Source: the human T2T-CHM13v2.0 reference genome, Homo sapiens
Direction: 5' to 3' (one strand)
Length of the DNA stretch: 64,000 bases
NCBI RefSeq assembly: GCF_009914755.1
Contig: NC_060926.1
This document shows, in pieces, positions 45,610 through 59,510 of the stretch (position 1 is its first letter; each line of letters begins with the position of its first letter). The translations under genes and the position numbers were made by a program. The notes beneath the pieces are model-generated. The model did no database searches. It was not told the origin of the DNA and worked only from the letters and a program-made list of their open reading frames with translations.

Positions 45610-47877
45610 TGTACTAGTTTGTTTTCATGGTGCTATGAAGAAATACTCAAAAATGGGTAATTTATAATGAAAAGAGGTTTAATTGACTCACAGTTCTGCA
45701 TGACAGGGAGGCCTCAGAAAACTTACAATCATGGCAGAAGGAGAAGTAAACATCCTTCTTCACATGGTGGCAGGTGAGAGACTGCAGAACTGAGGGAGGA
45801 AAAGCCCTATATAAAACCATCAGATCTCATGCAAACTCGCTCGCTATCATGAGAACAGCATAGGGGAACTGCCCCCCATTATCTAATCACCTCCCTCAAG
45901 GTCCCTCTTCCAACACGGTGGGATTACAATTCAAGACGAGATTTGGGTGGGGACACAGAGCCAGAATATACCATTCCACCCCTGCCCCCTCCCAAATCTC
46001 ATCTTTCTCATATTTCATAATACAATTATGCTTTCCCCCATATTCCCCTAATTCTTAACTCATTTCAGCATTAACCCAAAGTCCAAGTCCATAGTCTCAT
46101 CTGAGACAAGACAAGTCCCTTCTGCCCATGAACCTGTAAAATCAAAAGCAAGTTAGTTACTTCCTAGATATAATGCAGGTGCAGGCATTGGGTAAATACA
46201 TCCATTTCAAATGGGATAAAAATGCCAAAACAAAGGGGCCACAGGATCCATGCGAGTCCAAAATCCAATAGGGCAGTCACTAAACTTTGAAGTTCCAAAA
46301 TGATCTCCTTTGATTCCATGTCTCACATCCAGGTCACACTGATGCAAGAGATGGGCTCCCTGGCCTTGGGCAGCTCTGCCTCTGTGACTTTGCAGGGTAC
46401 AGCCCCCCACCCTTGGCTGCTTTCACAAGCTGGTATTGAGTGTCTGTGGCTTTTTGAGGCACATGGTGCAAGTTGTTGGTGGATCTACTATTCTGGGATC
46501 TGGAAGACTGTGGCCCTCTTCTCATAGCTCCACTAGGCAGTGCCCAAGTAGGGACTCTGTGTGGGGGGTTTGTACAGAGTTTCCCTTCTGCACTGCCCTA
46601 GCAGGGCTTCTCCATGAGGGCTCTACCCCTGCAGCAAACTTTTGCCTGAACATAGAGGCATTTCCATATATCCTCTGAAATCTAGTTGGAGGTTCCCAAA
46701 CCTCAATTCTTGACTTTTGTGCACCCACAGGCTCAACACCAAGTGGAAACCACCAAGGCTTGGGGCTTATACCCTCTGATGCAATGGCCTGAGCTGTACC
46801 TTGGCCCCTTTTAGCCATGGCTGGAGCTGAAGCAGCTGGGATGCAGGGCATCATGTCCTGAGACTGCACAAAACAGGAAGACCCTCGGTCTGGCACAGGA
46901 AACAATTTTTCCCTCCTGGACCTCTGGGCCTGTGGTGGGAGGGGCTGCCATGAAGGTCTCAGACATTGCCTGGAGACATTATCCCCATTGTCTTGGTGAT
47001 TAACATTCAGCTCCTTGTTACTTACACAAATTTCTGCAGCAGGCTTTAATTTCTCTCCAGAATATTTTTTTCCTTTTCTATGACATTGTCAAGTTGCAAA
47101 TTTTCCAAACTTTTATGCTCTGCTTCCTCTTGAATGCTTTGCCGCTTAGCAATTTCTTCCACCAGATACCCTCTATCATCTCTCTCATATTCAAAGTTCC
47201 ACAGATCTCTAGGGCAGAAGCAAAATGCTGTTAGTCTCTTTGCTAAAGCATAGCAAAAGTCCCTTTGCTCCAGTTCAGAACAAGTTTCTCATCTCTATGT
47301 GAGACCACCTCAGCCTATACTTCATTGTCTATATCACTATCAACATTTTGGTCAAAGCCATTAAACAAGTCTCTAGGAAGTTCTAAACTTTTCCACATCT
47401 TCCTGTCTTCTTCTGAGCCCTCCAAACTTCTAACCTCTGCCTGTTAACCTAGTTCCAAAGTTGCTTTTGGGTATCATTACAGCAGCACCTCACTCTCTTG
47501 GTACCACTTTACTGTATTAGTTCACTTTTGCTGTGCTATGAAGAAATACCCAAGACTGGGTAATTTATAAAGGAAAGAAGTTTAATTGGCTCACAGTTCA
47601 GTAGGGCTTGGGTGGCCTCAGGAAGCTTGCAATCATGGTGGAAGGGGAAAAAACATGTCCTTCTTCACATGGTGGCAGGAGAGAAAAGTTCAGAATTAAG
47701 GGGGAAAAAGCCCCTTACAAAGCCATCAGAACTCGTGAGAACTCACTCACTATCACAAGAACAACATAGAGGAACTGCCCCGTGTTCTAATCACTTCCCA
47801 TGAGGTCTCTCCCACAACGTATGGGTATTACAATTCAAGACGAGATTTGTGTGGGGACAAAAAGCCAGACCATATTG
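45610..47877 (-). mobile_element. THE1 (C/D-like) MaLR provirus: LTRs 45610-45973 and 47513-47877 with internal region
   Basis: Paired LTRs (tgctatgaagaaatac...ttacaattcaagacgagatttg); 5-bp TSD ggtat at 45605-45609 and 47878-47882. Confidence 0.92.
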
Positions 47878-47893
47878 GGTATATACCCGGTAA

Positions 47894-48169
<276 letters not shown>

Positions 48170-49686
48170 TGATAACCCTGTTTTAAGTTTTTTGAGGAAT
48201 CACCACACTGTTTTCAATGACTGAACTCATTTAAAGTCTCACAAGTGGTGTATAAACATTCTCTTTTCTATTCAACCTTACCAGCATCTGTTTTTTTGTT
48301 TGTTTGTTTGTTTGTTTTACTTTTTAATAATAGCCCATTTGACTGGTATGGGATGGTATCTCACTGTGGTTTTGATTTGCATTTCTCTAATCATTAGTGG
48401 TGTTGAGCACTTTTTATATGCTTGTTGGCTGCATGTATATCTTCTTTTGAAAAGTGTCTGTTAAGGTCCTTTGCCCACTTTATAATGGAGTTGTTTGTTT
48501 TTTGCTTGTAAATTTCCGTTCCTTATAGATTATGTATATTAGATCTTTGCCACATGCAGAGTTTGCAAATATTTTCTCCTATTCTGTAGGTTGTCTGTTT
48601 ACTCTGTTGATAGTTTATTTTGCTCTGCAGAAGCTCTTTAGTTTAATTAGGTCTCATTTGTCAATTTTTGTTTTTGTTGCAATTGCTTTTGGCTTCTTGG
48701 TCATAAAATATTTGCCCAGTCCTGTGTCCAAAATAGTATTTCCTAGGTTACTTTCCAAGGTATTTATAGTTTTAGGTTTTATATTTAAGCCTCTAACCAA
48801 TCTTGAGTTGATTTTTTTATGTGGTGTAAGGTAGTAGTCTAGTTCCAATCTTCTGCATATGACTAGCTCCTTATCCTAGCACAATTTATTAAATGGGGAA
48901 TCCTTTCCCCATTGCTTATTTTTGTCAGTTTTGCTGAAGATCAGATGGCTGTAGGGGTGTGGCATTACTTCTGGGCTCCCTATTCTGTTTGATTGGTCTA
49001 TGTGTCTGTTTTTGTACAAGTACCACACTGTTTTGGTTACTGTAGACCTGCAGTATAATTAGAAGTTGGGTAATGTGAATCCTCCAGCTTTGTTCTTTTC
49101 CTTTAGGATTGCCTTGACTAGTCTAGCTTTTTTTGGTCCCCCATAATGTTTAAAATAGATTCATTCTAATTTTGTGAAAAATGTATTTGGTAGTTTGATA
49201 GGAATAGCATTGAATCTGTTAACTACTTTGGGCAGTATGGCCATTTTAATCATATTTATTCTTCTTATCAAGGAGTGTGGAATTTTTTCATTCATTTGTG
49301 TCAGCTCTGATTTTTCTAAGCAGTGCTTTTTATCCTCTTTGGAGAGATCTTTCACCTTCCTGGTTAGTTGTATTCCTAGGTATTTTATGATTTTTCTGTA
49401 GCAATTGTAAGGGAATTGTTTTCCTAATTTGGCTCTTGGCTTTGCTATGTTGGTAGGAATGCTAGTGATTTTTTGCACATTGATTTTGTACCACAGAACT
49501 TTGCTGAAGTTGTTTATTATATCAGGGAGCTTTTGGGCAGACACTATCAATTTTCAAGATATAGAATTAAGTTGTCTGCAAACAGGGATACTTTGGCTTT
49601 CTCTCTTCCTATTTAGATTCCTTCATTTCTTTCTCTTGTCTGATTGCTGTGGCCAAGACTTCTAACAATATATTTAATAGTAGTCA

Positions 49687-49809
<123 letters not shown>

Positions 49810-52800
49810 TCAATGCATGGTTTATTGAGGGTTTTTAATATGAGTGGGTGTTGAATTTTATCAAAAGCCATTTCTGCATCTATTGAGATAATCATGTGGC
49901 TTTTGTTTTTTAGCTCTGTTTATGTAATGAATCACATGTATGAATCACATGTATTGATTAGCCTATGTTGGACCAACCTTGCATTCCAGGGACAAAACCT
50001 ACTTGATCATGGTAAATTAGCTTTTTGATGTGCTGCTGGATTTGGTTTGCTAGTATTTAGTTGAGAATTTCTTCATCTATGTTCATCAAAAATATTGGCC
50101 TGAAGTTTTCTTTTTTTCTGTTGCATTTCTGCCAGGTTTTTGTATGAGAATGTTGCTGGCCTCATCAAATGAATTGTGTTAGAGTCCCTTCTTCTCAACT
50201 TTTTTTTGGAAAAGTTTCAGTAAGAATGGCAGCAGCTCTTTATATGTCTGATAGAATGTGGCTTTGAATCCATTTGGTCCTGGGCTTTTTTTGATTGGTA
50301 GACTTTTTTTTATGACTGATTCAGTTTCATAACTCATTATTGGTCTGTTCAGTGATTCAGTTTCTTCCTGGTTCAGTCTTGGGAGATTGTATGTTTTCAG
50401 GAATTTATTCATTTCTTCTAAATTTTCTGGTTTGTATGCATAGAGGTGTTCTTAATAGTTCCTGATGATTTTTTTTTTCCTGTGGGGTCAGTGCTAACAT
50501 TGCCTTTGTTATTTCTAATTGTGTTTCTTTGGATCTTCTCTTTTTTCTTTATTAGTCTAGTTAGCAGTCTATCTATTATTTTTTTCAAAGAACTAACTCC
50601 TCTATTTGTTTGTCTTTTGGATGGTTTCTCACGTCTCAACTTCCTTCAGTTCAGCTCTGATTTGGTTATTTCTTGTCTTCTGCTAGCTTTGGGGTTGGTT
50701 TGCTCTTGCTTCTCTAGTTCTTCTCATTGTGATCTTAGGTTGTTAACTTGAGATCTTTCTAAGTTTTTGACACGGGATTTTAGTGCTATAAACTTCCCTC
50801 TTAACACTGCCTTAGCTGTGTCCCAGAGATACTGGTATGCTGTATCTTTCTTCTCATTAGTTTCAAAGAATTTCTGAATCTCTGCCTTAATTTCGTTGTT
50901 TACTCTAAAGTCACTTAGGAGCAGGTTGTTTAATTTCCATATAATTGTTTGACTCAGTCATTTTCTTAATATTCATTTCCATTTTTATTGTGCTGTGGTC
51001 TGAAAGAGTGATTGGTATAATTTCATTTAAAAAAATTGCTGGGTATTGTTTTATGTCCAATTTTGTGGTTGATTTTGGAGTATGTGCCATGTGGTGATGA
51101 TAAGAATGTATATTCTATTATTTTTGGACGGAGAATTCTGTAGATGTCTGTAAGATCCATTTGGTCCAGTGTTGAGTTCTTGTCCTAAATATCTTTGTTA
51201 ACTTTCTATCTCAGTGACCTATCTAATACTGTCAGTGGGGTGTTGAAATCTCCCACTATTATTGTATGGGAATCAAAGTCTCTTTGAATTTCTCTAATAA
51301 CTTGCTTTATGAATCTGGGTGGTCCTGACTTGAGTGTGTGTATATTTAGGATAGTCAGATCTCATTGAATTAAAAACACTTTACCATTATATAATGCCCT
51401 TTATTTTAATGTTTTTTGATCTTTGTTGGTTTAAAATCCATGTGGTGTGACATTAGAATTGCAACCACTACTTTTTCCTGTTTTCCATTCCTTGGTAGAT
51501 TTTTCTCCATCCCTTTATTTTGAACCTATGGAGTCATTGCATGTGAGATTGGTCTCTTGAAGACAGCATACTATTGGGCCTTGCTTCTTTATCCAGCTTG
51601 CCACTTTGTGTCTTTTAATTTGGACATTTAGCCCATTTACATTCAAGGTTAGTATTGGAAAGTGAATATTTAATCCTGTCCTCATGTTATTAGCTGATTA
51701 TTATGCAGACTTGTTTGTGTGGTTGCATTATAGTGTCACTGGACTACATATTTAAGTGTGTTTTTGTAGCGGCTGGTAGTGTTCTTTCCATATTTAGTGC
51801 TCCTTTCAGGACCTAAGGCAGGTTTGGTGACATGAATTTCCTCAGCATTTTCTTATCTGAAAAGAATCTTATTTCTCCTTCCTTTTTGAATTAATTTGGC
51901 TGGCTATGAAATTCTTGCTTGGAAATGTTTTTCTTTAAGAATGCTTAATATAGGCCCCCATTCTCTTCTGGCCTGTAAGGTTTCTGCTGAAAGGTCAGCT
52001 GTTAGCCTGTTGGGATTCCCTTTGTAGGTGACGTGCCCCTTCTCTCTAACTGCCTTAAATATTTTTCTTTCATTTTGACCTTGGAGAATTTAATGATAAT
52101 GTGTCTGGGGGATGGTTTTCTTGTGTAATATATTGCAGGGGTTCTCTGCATTTTCTGGATTTGAATGATGACCTGTTTAGTGAGGTTGTGGATGTTTTAA
52201 TGAGCTGTGTCTTAAAATATGTTTTCCAAGATCTTGCTTCCTCCTTGTCTCTTTCAGGGATGCTATTGGGTCATAGATTTTGTCTCCTTACATAATCCCA
52301 TATTTCTCAGAGGATTTGTTCATTCTTTTTTATGCTTTTTTCTCTATTTTGTCTGACTGAGTTATTTCAGAGAGCCAGTTTTAAACTCTGAGATTCTTTC
52401 CTCAGTTTTATCTATTCTGCTGTGAAAATTTGCAATTGTATTATGCAATTCTTGTAGTGTTTTTCAGGTCTATCAGATTATGTTGATTCTTTTTTCTAAT
52501 GATTATTTTGTCCATAAGCTCCTGTATTGTTTTATTGTGATTCTTAGCTTCCTGGGATTGGGTTTTGATGTTCTCCTGAATCTTGATGATCTCCATTCCT
52601 GTCCATATTCTGAATTCCATTTCTGTCATTTCAGCCCAGGTAAGAACTAGTGTAGTTGTTTGGAGGAAAGAAGACACTCCAGCTTTTTGAGTTGCAAGAG
52701 TTCTTGTGCTAGTCTTTCTCATTTTTGTGAGCTGATGTTTCTTCAGTCTTTGACGTTGCTGTTCATTCAATTTTTTTTTTTGCTTTTTTCTTTTTTGTTG

Positions 52801-54027
52801 TCCTTGGGGGTTCAATTATGCTATATGGTGGGTTTGGTTGACTAGCTTTAATTCTAGTTCACTCCTAGGTCTTGGAGAATCCCCCCTCTGATTACTATCT
52901 ACATACCTGCTTTTGTTGTTGTTGGGTGTTCTGGTCCATGGGGCTCCCTCAGACAGAGGTTGTGGTTGGCAGACAAGCCATATCCTTTCCAGGCCAGACC
53001 TAATCTGCTGTCCATGTGCTTCCTGGGAAAACACAGGGTTATGCCTGTCTGCAGAGTTTAGGTAGAAGCAGGACCCCTGGGTTGGAAGCTCTCTGAGTGT
53101 GGCCTCAATGGCTATAGGAGGCAGGGGTTGGTGGAGTTGCCTGCCCTGCTGTCAAGATGTTTCCAGGGCAGCAGGAGGCTGTGCCTCTCAGCAAATTCAG
53201 GCAGAAGTTGAACCACTGAGCCAGAAGCTGTAGCAGGTATGACTTGCCTGGCTACCAGTGGTGGGCATGGATGTGGAAACCTGCTTTGCTGTCTGGATGC
53301 TTCTTGGGACAACAGGAGGTTGTGCCTTTTGGCAAATTCAGGCATAAGCAGGACCGCTAACCTGGCAACTCCAGCAGGAGCTGCCAACTTTGCTTCTGGT
53401 GGCTGCAGTGGGTGGGGTCACATGCTCTGCTGCCTGGGTGTTTCCTGGGGTAACAACAGAAAGCTGTGTTCTCAAGCTAGGTTCACACAGAAGTGGGGCT
53501 GCTGGGCCAGAAGCTCCAGCAAACATTGCCTGCCTGGTTACCAGTGGTGAGAGTGGTTGGGGTCATATACTCTGACCTTTGGATATTTCCTGGGACATCA
53601 GAAGGCTGCACCCCCCAGCTGAGTTCACATAAAAGTGAGACTGCTGGGCTGGAAGCTCTAGCAAGTGTTGCCCACCTGGCTACTAGTGGTGAGGGTGAGT
53701 GGAGTGGCCAGCTGGTTCAGGCCAAAGTAGGACTCTGGGTTGGAAGCTGGAGCTGAGCCCCATCTAGAAAAATTAGGGTGGGATAATCTTACTGCTCCCA
53801 GGCACTGCAACTGTGTCCTCTATTGGGGCTGTGGTGCTGGTGTTTATCTGCTACAGGGCACAAGGATTGTAGAGGTCCCCTTGGACTAGACAGTTGCCTC
53901 CGCAAAATGTCCTGGTGGCTCTTTGCCTCAGTCTGAAGCACAGTGTGGGGAGGCCAGCGGGATTCCCCCACTGCCTGTCTTGTGCAGGTCTCTGTGGAGA
54001 GTGTGAATCTCTCTGGGGGCTCTCACT

Positions 54028-54176
54028 CACTCACCCTTTCCTGGTTGGAGAGGTTCTCCTGGCTCTGTGCTGAGCCCAGACAGGGAAGAGAGCAGAGAGG
54101 AGCAAAGCTGGGCACCAGCCTGTCTGGGCTCAGCACAGAGCCAGGAGAACCTCTCCAACAAAGGAAAGAGTGAATG
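54028..54176. repeat. Inverted repeat with 41-bp perfect stem and 34-nt spacer
   Basis: 54044-54084 is the exact reverse complement of 54119-54159. Confidence 0.97.
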
Positions 54177-56070
54177 TTATACTATATTTTTGTAATTTTG
54201 GGAAAAATTGTCAACTATCTTCTAAAGAGATTTAAATTATAAGAAAAACATCTCTTATGTATTTACCCACGTAGTTACCATACCTACCGCTCTTTCTTTG
54301 TGTAGACCCATGTTTCTATCTGGTATTATTTTCCTTCTGCCTGGAGGACTTCCTTTAATATTTCTTATATTGAGGGTCTGCTATAGATGAGCTCTTTCAG
54401 CTTTTGTATATCTAAATATGTTTTTATTTCACTTTCATTTTTGAAAGATGCTATTACCAGATATAGAATTCCACGTTGACACTTTTTACAGTACTTTAAA
54501 GATGTTGCTCCACTTTCCCGCTTACATTATGTTTGATGAGAAATCTACTGTCATCCTTATCTTTGTTCCTCCATAAGTATCTTTCTTCTCTAGCTACTTT
54601 AAACATTTTTTGTCACTTATTTTGAGTAATTTAAAAATGTGTCTTGCTGTAGTCCTCACCTCCTCCTCTTCCCTCCTCCTTTCCCTCCCTTCTCCTTTTC
54701 CTTCCTTCCTTCCTTCCCCTCCTTTCTTCTTTCCTTCCCTCATTTTCTCCTCCTCCTTCTGCTCCTCCTTCTCCTTCACTCATTGAACTTCTTAGATACT
54801 ATACTAAACCCAAGATCCTTGAGTTTATAGTATCACTGTATTTAGAAAAATTTGGGCCATTACTGAGTCAAATTGTTTTCTGTCCCATGTCTTTCTCTTC
54901 TCCTTCAGTGAATCCAATTGAACATATATAAGAGGGCTTGAATTTGTCCCACAGTTTACTGATTATTTATTTTTTTAATTGTTTTTCTCTTTAATTTTGG
55001 ATTTCTTTCTTTTGCCATGTTTTTTTCTTCTGCAAGGTTTAATCTGTCATTAATTCTATCCAGTATATTTTTTTCATTTCAAATATTGTAGTTTTCACCA
55101 CGAGAAATTCAATTGGGGTCTTTAAAAAATATTTTTCTTTTCCTACTTACTTTTCTGGAACATGTAAGAAAGCATTAAAATAGCTGTTTTAATGCTGATT
55201 CTAAAATCCATGTCCATTTGGGGTTTATTTTGGATGATTGATTTCTCTTCTCATCATGGGTTTTATTTTTCTTCTTCTTTGCATGCCGATTGTCTTTTAT
55301 TGGATAGTAGGTATCGTAAATGTTACATCATGGATGCTGGCTATTTTTGTATTTCTATAAATATTTTTTAGTCTTGTTATGGAACATGGTTATGTTACTT
55401 GGAAACAGTTTGATTCTTTCAAATCTTGCTTTCTAAATTTGTTAGATGGGACCTGAGTATTACTTAGTTTAAGGCTAATTATTCTCTACTACAGAGGCAA
55501 GACATTTCTGGGTGATCTACCCAATGCTCTGTGAATTCTGAGATTTCTATTCTGGCTGTTGGGACCAGGCTCTGTTTCTATCCCTTTATAAGCACTAAGG
55601 ACTGTAATCTTTATCTTTTCAAGGGTTTGGGTCCCCCCACCCCCAGCTTTGGGTAGTATCCTCATAACCATGCACTGATCAGCACTATTCTGAATACTCA
55701 AGGGGAATTCTCTGCTGCTCTCCAGATTTCCTTCTCTGTGCAACTCTCTCCTCTCTAGTACTCTGCATGTCAACTCTCACCATCTTGGTCTCCCCAGGCT
55801 CAGCTGTTTCTTTAACTCAGAGAATTTGCTGGGCTTCTCCTGGGTTTTCTTTCTCATGTCACAGCCTAGAAACCTTCTCAAGGCTGTAATCTGGGACTAT
55901 CATAGGGCTTATCTTATTTGTTCCCTGTTTCTCAAGGCTATCTATCCTTTGTTGCCTAATACTCAATGTCTTTAAACCTGTTGTTTCAAGACATATATTT
56001 TGTCTTGGTTGTTTTGGAGGGGGTGGGAGGGATGAAAATTTGGTATTTTCTCTAGAAGCAGAAGTTCTCT
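54177..56070 (-). mobile_element. Old L1M (MC/MD-type) ORF1 and 5' region, with a CT-rich low-complexity tract at about 54655-54780
   Basis: ttcctttaatatttctt...ctctttcagctttt...tttttgaaagat...tatagaattc, typical antisense L1M ORF1 end. Confidence 0.6.
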
Positions 56071-59000
56071 ACAGACTTTTGTTTGAATATAACCATTATG
56101 AACCCTGATGCTTTAACTCTTAAAGAGAGTTTGCTAGTTGCCTGCTACTAACTTTAAAAATTTAACATTACTATGTTCTTTTCTCTTGTCACCTTGTCCT
56201 GGTCCCAATTGGCTTTTGTAACTCAAACATGTTCTATAGTGAAATGCAATCCAGCAGAATTTTTTTTTATTGCATCCATGGGAGAGGAAAGAGAACCCTT
56301 CATAAGATAGATATGGACAGTGACCCCTTTGCTTCATCTAAGAGTTTTCCATTCAAGGCAATATCCTCACTGCGTGTCCCCTAAAAGTCCTTGAGGAATA
56401 CCAGTATTTCCCCTTGATTTAGAGTTGAGAGGGATTAGGGTAAGAATGAAAAAGCTAATGGGATTCTGACAAGGTTCTTTTGGCTTTATATTCATCTCTG
56501 TGGGAAGAGGGGTATAAGAAATGCTATCTATTACACACAAGAGGCTGTTTCAAAAGGCATGAGAAAATGGGCATGAATAGATTATCCAGATATACTTATG
56601 TGATAGACACATATAATGATGTCTTGATATTCTGAGCATGTTTCAGAAAGAGATTTGTGCAGCCAAATAATGATGAAATAGATGTCCTAAATATGCCATG
56701 AGCATAACATTGAAAAAGTATTTTTCCACAGAACACAGTTCTTATCTCTAGTCAATATTTGATGCATGCTCATTTCTATTTCCTCATATTCAGTCAAGGA
56801 GGGAAAAAGTGGATTCATCTCTAAGTGACTGATCATCACAGCTTTACTCTGCAACATTAGGAGAAAGATAAATTATGAAAGAATACAGACTTTAAACAGC
56901 CATTCTGATTAGTAAGAGTCATCCTGATGGAGTCAGAAGAATGAGAGTTGAGTTTTCAGAAGCATCATTGTTTCTTCAGAGCATTAAGGGTGATCGACAC
57001 ATGTTGCAAAAAATAAAAATGCTGCTAGTTATTCTAAAGATTAAATGGAGGATAACAAGTAGCATATTATTTGCCTTTTAAAAGGAATCCCAATTAAAAA
57101 GTCAGCTTTAGTTTCATGGGGAGGTATTTATTGACTGAATTGGCAATGTCATAAAGTATGGTATCCAATAAGTAGATAGATTAAAATGAAAACATATACA
57201 CTATGATTGATGGAAGATAAGTAAAACCAAGTGCCCAGGCAGAAATAAGACTTGTATGAAATCCACAGTACCAAATTCACAGCAGGTTCTCACAAGAAAT
57301 ATTAACATGCACTTGCTATGTTTGGTGTGCTGAGTTAGGAGGTATCTCAGGACACACAGAGTGTCCGTGCTGTTAAGATACCCCACTCTAATTAGGGATA
57401 GTGGACACAACCTTAAAAAGATAAGTGGTCTCAAATGTGAGCCTGAGCCATTCTGGGAAGGCATAATTGAAAAACTGATTGTAGAAGAAAGAATAGTATC
57501 TGTGTTCTGTAATGTTCTAATAGCTGGTAATACAGCAGTTAGGAAAATACGGACACTGCTCTCATGAAATTTAATTCTAGTGGGATTAATCAAATTAAAT
57601 ATGCTCAAGGCAGAATCAAGCAGAGTACATTTTGAAAACAGACAAATAGACAACAGACAAGAAGAACAAACTTTACCTCTTCAAGAAAATACCCTTTCTT
57701 ACACATAAAAACTGAAAAAGCCCCTTGAAGGTAGTTGGCATTTTATATACAAGGTACGCTATGTACATCACGTCCCTTCCTCCTGAAACATCTCTTCCTC
57801 TCACGTGCAAATGAGAAAACAGAAGTTCAGTCAGATTACACTTAACTAAAATATAAAGGCTTGGAATGAAATCCAAGTATATTAGCTGCTAATGCCTATG
57901 CTCATCTCATGGCTCTAGGGTAATTGGGAGCCTTGCTTTATCACCAGTTGTTTTCCATCAGTATTTCAGCCACTTCACCTTTGAGCCACACCTGTCAGAG
58001 TCCTCCCACTCTGTCTCCTTTTAGAAGGCATCATGGATCTTAAAGGTTGCAGTCTCTTTGCAATACAGGCCAAAGAAGATAAAGCAAGAAACTAAAGAAA
58101 AATAAGAGAAGGGTAACTGAAGCCTGTCCTCAAATCATATACAGAGCATCTTCCTCTTGTGTAGGGCGACTGATTGCCACCTCAGAGTGTTGAAAGAACT
58201 TGGCCTTGGCTCATTTGGCTGGGAAGGCCCTCCAGGGTTGGTCTGGATGATTGATCAGGAAATGAAGCTCCCTCCTGCCCGTGGTTTGTGGAGCAGTGGG
58301 GGATGACTTTGAACCTTGCCGATCACTTCCAGAATTGGAGAGTTACTGTGCTTATATTAAAAACTCAAATGTAGGGCACAGGCCAGGGAATATTTGGAGC
58401 TTGCTATTTATCCGGAGTACTCTATGATACAGACTTGATTTAATTGCTCTCATGCCTGCTTAAGATATATTTAAGCAGGCATCAAACTTTCACTAGGGTT
58501 GATATTTTCCCAAAAGCTGGTAAAAACTTTTCAGCACAGATGTGAAGCGGGCCGACTGTTGGGCTCTGTGAGGACAACAGCAGAAACTTCATGGTGGAAT
58601 GCTGGGGGTCCTTTCAATTCCAAACAGTCTGCCTCTATATCTACTAGCTCCATTCCAGGAGGACTGCGGGGCAGCTTTCAAGAAACTGGGCTTCAAAGCA
58701 CCCAGGAGGCTCCTCAAACTGAGAGGAGTCCCATGATCAGTAGGAATCTCTTTAAGAAACTGTAAATGCGTGACCTTGAGGAAAAGGTGCACTTTCATGA
58801 AGAGAAAAAAGCCCCCCTGCTAGCTGGCAGGATATTGAAGCCAGAGGAGTCCCACAGTGGCATCAAGCTGAGCTGTAAATCCTAGACATTCACAAGCTCC
58901 AGGCTGCAGAATCTGTCCCAAGTTTTGTTTGTTTCCTATCAATGGTGTTAACAGCTCTGCCAACGTTCCGCAATTGTGCGGGGAGGACAATGCGCCGAGA

Positions 59001-59382
59001 AAAATCAGTACAGTATTGTTTTATTTTTATGCTATATCCAGAAAGAAAGATCTCATCTATTCATTGTAATACATTTGTCATTTTAGTCTGAATAAATGCA
59101 AGGCTATGAGAAAATGCTGATACCAGTTGTCAGAGAAAACTATTTACAATTGTCCCTCCCTTCTTTCTTTAGGCAATTTCATTATAATCTTTTCAGCTTC
59201 ACAGAAAGATGAACAAAACTTGTGCACTGAGTGTAAAGTGGATGACTGAACTGCATCAATTATGACCTTCACTTTTAAAGTTAACAGTAGGGGAAGCAAA
59301 ATGTTGACTTCAGTAGTTTGGTTAATGTTTTCTCTTCTCTATTATGTCTCACGGGATTGGATTTTGTGTGAAGACCTTAAAT

Positions 59383-59510
59383 TCATTTGTTAATTCATTC
59401 ATTTATTACTCATTCAATACTTAATGAGTGTTGGCTATGAACAAAACACTGGATTAGTCCCTGGAGATACCGCTGTGAACATGACCTCTGAGGTCTTACT
59501 ACAACCTAGC
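59383..59510 (-). mobile_element. L2 3' end fragment
   Basis: ttcattcatttattactcattcaatacttaatgagtg...ctggagataccgctgtgaaca. Confidence 0.55.

Noticed and set aside
49927-49953. 13-bp tandem duplication atgaatcacatgt x2 in L1
   Set aside because: Ordinary slippage duplication in a dead element.
57201-57653. 150-aa ORF
   Set aside because: No recognisable domain, overlaps an L2-like remnant, and the length is compatible with chance.
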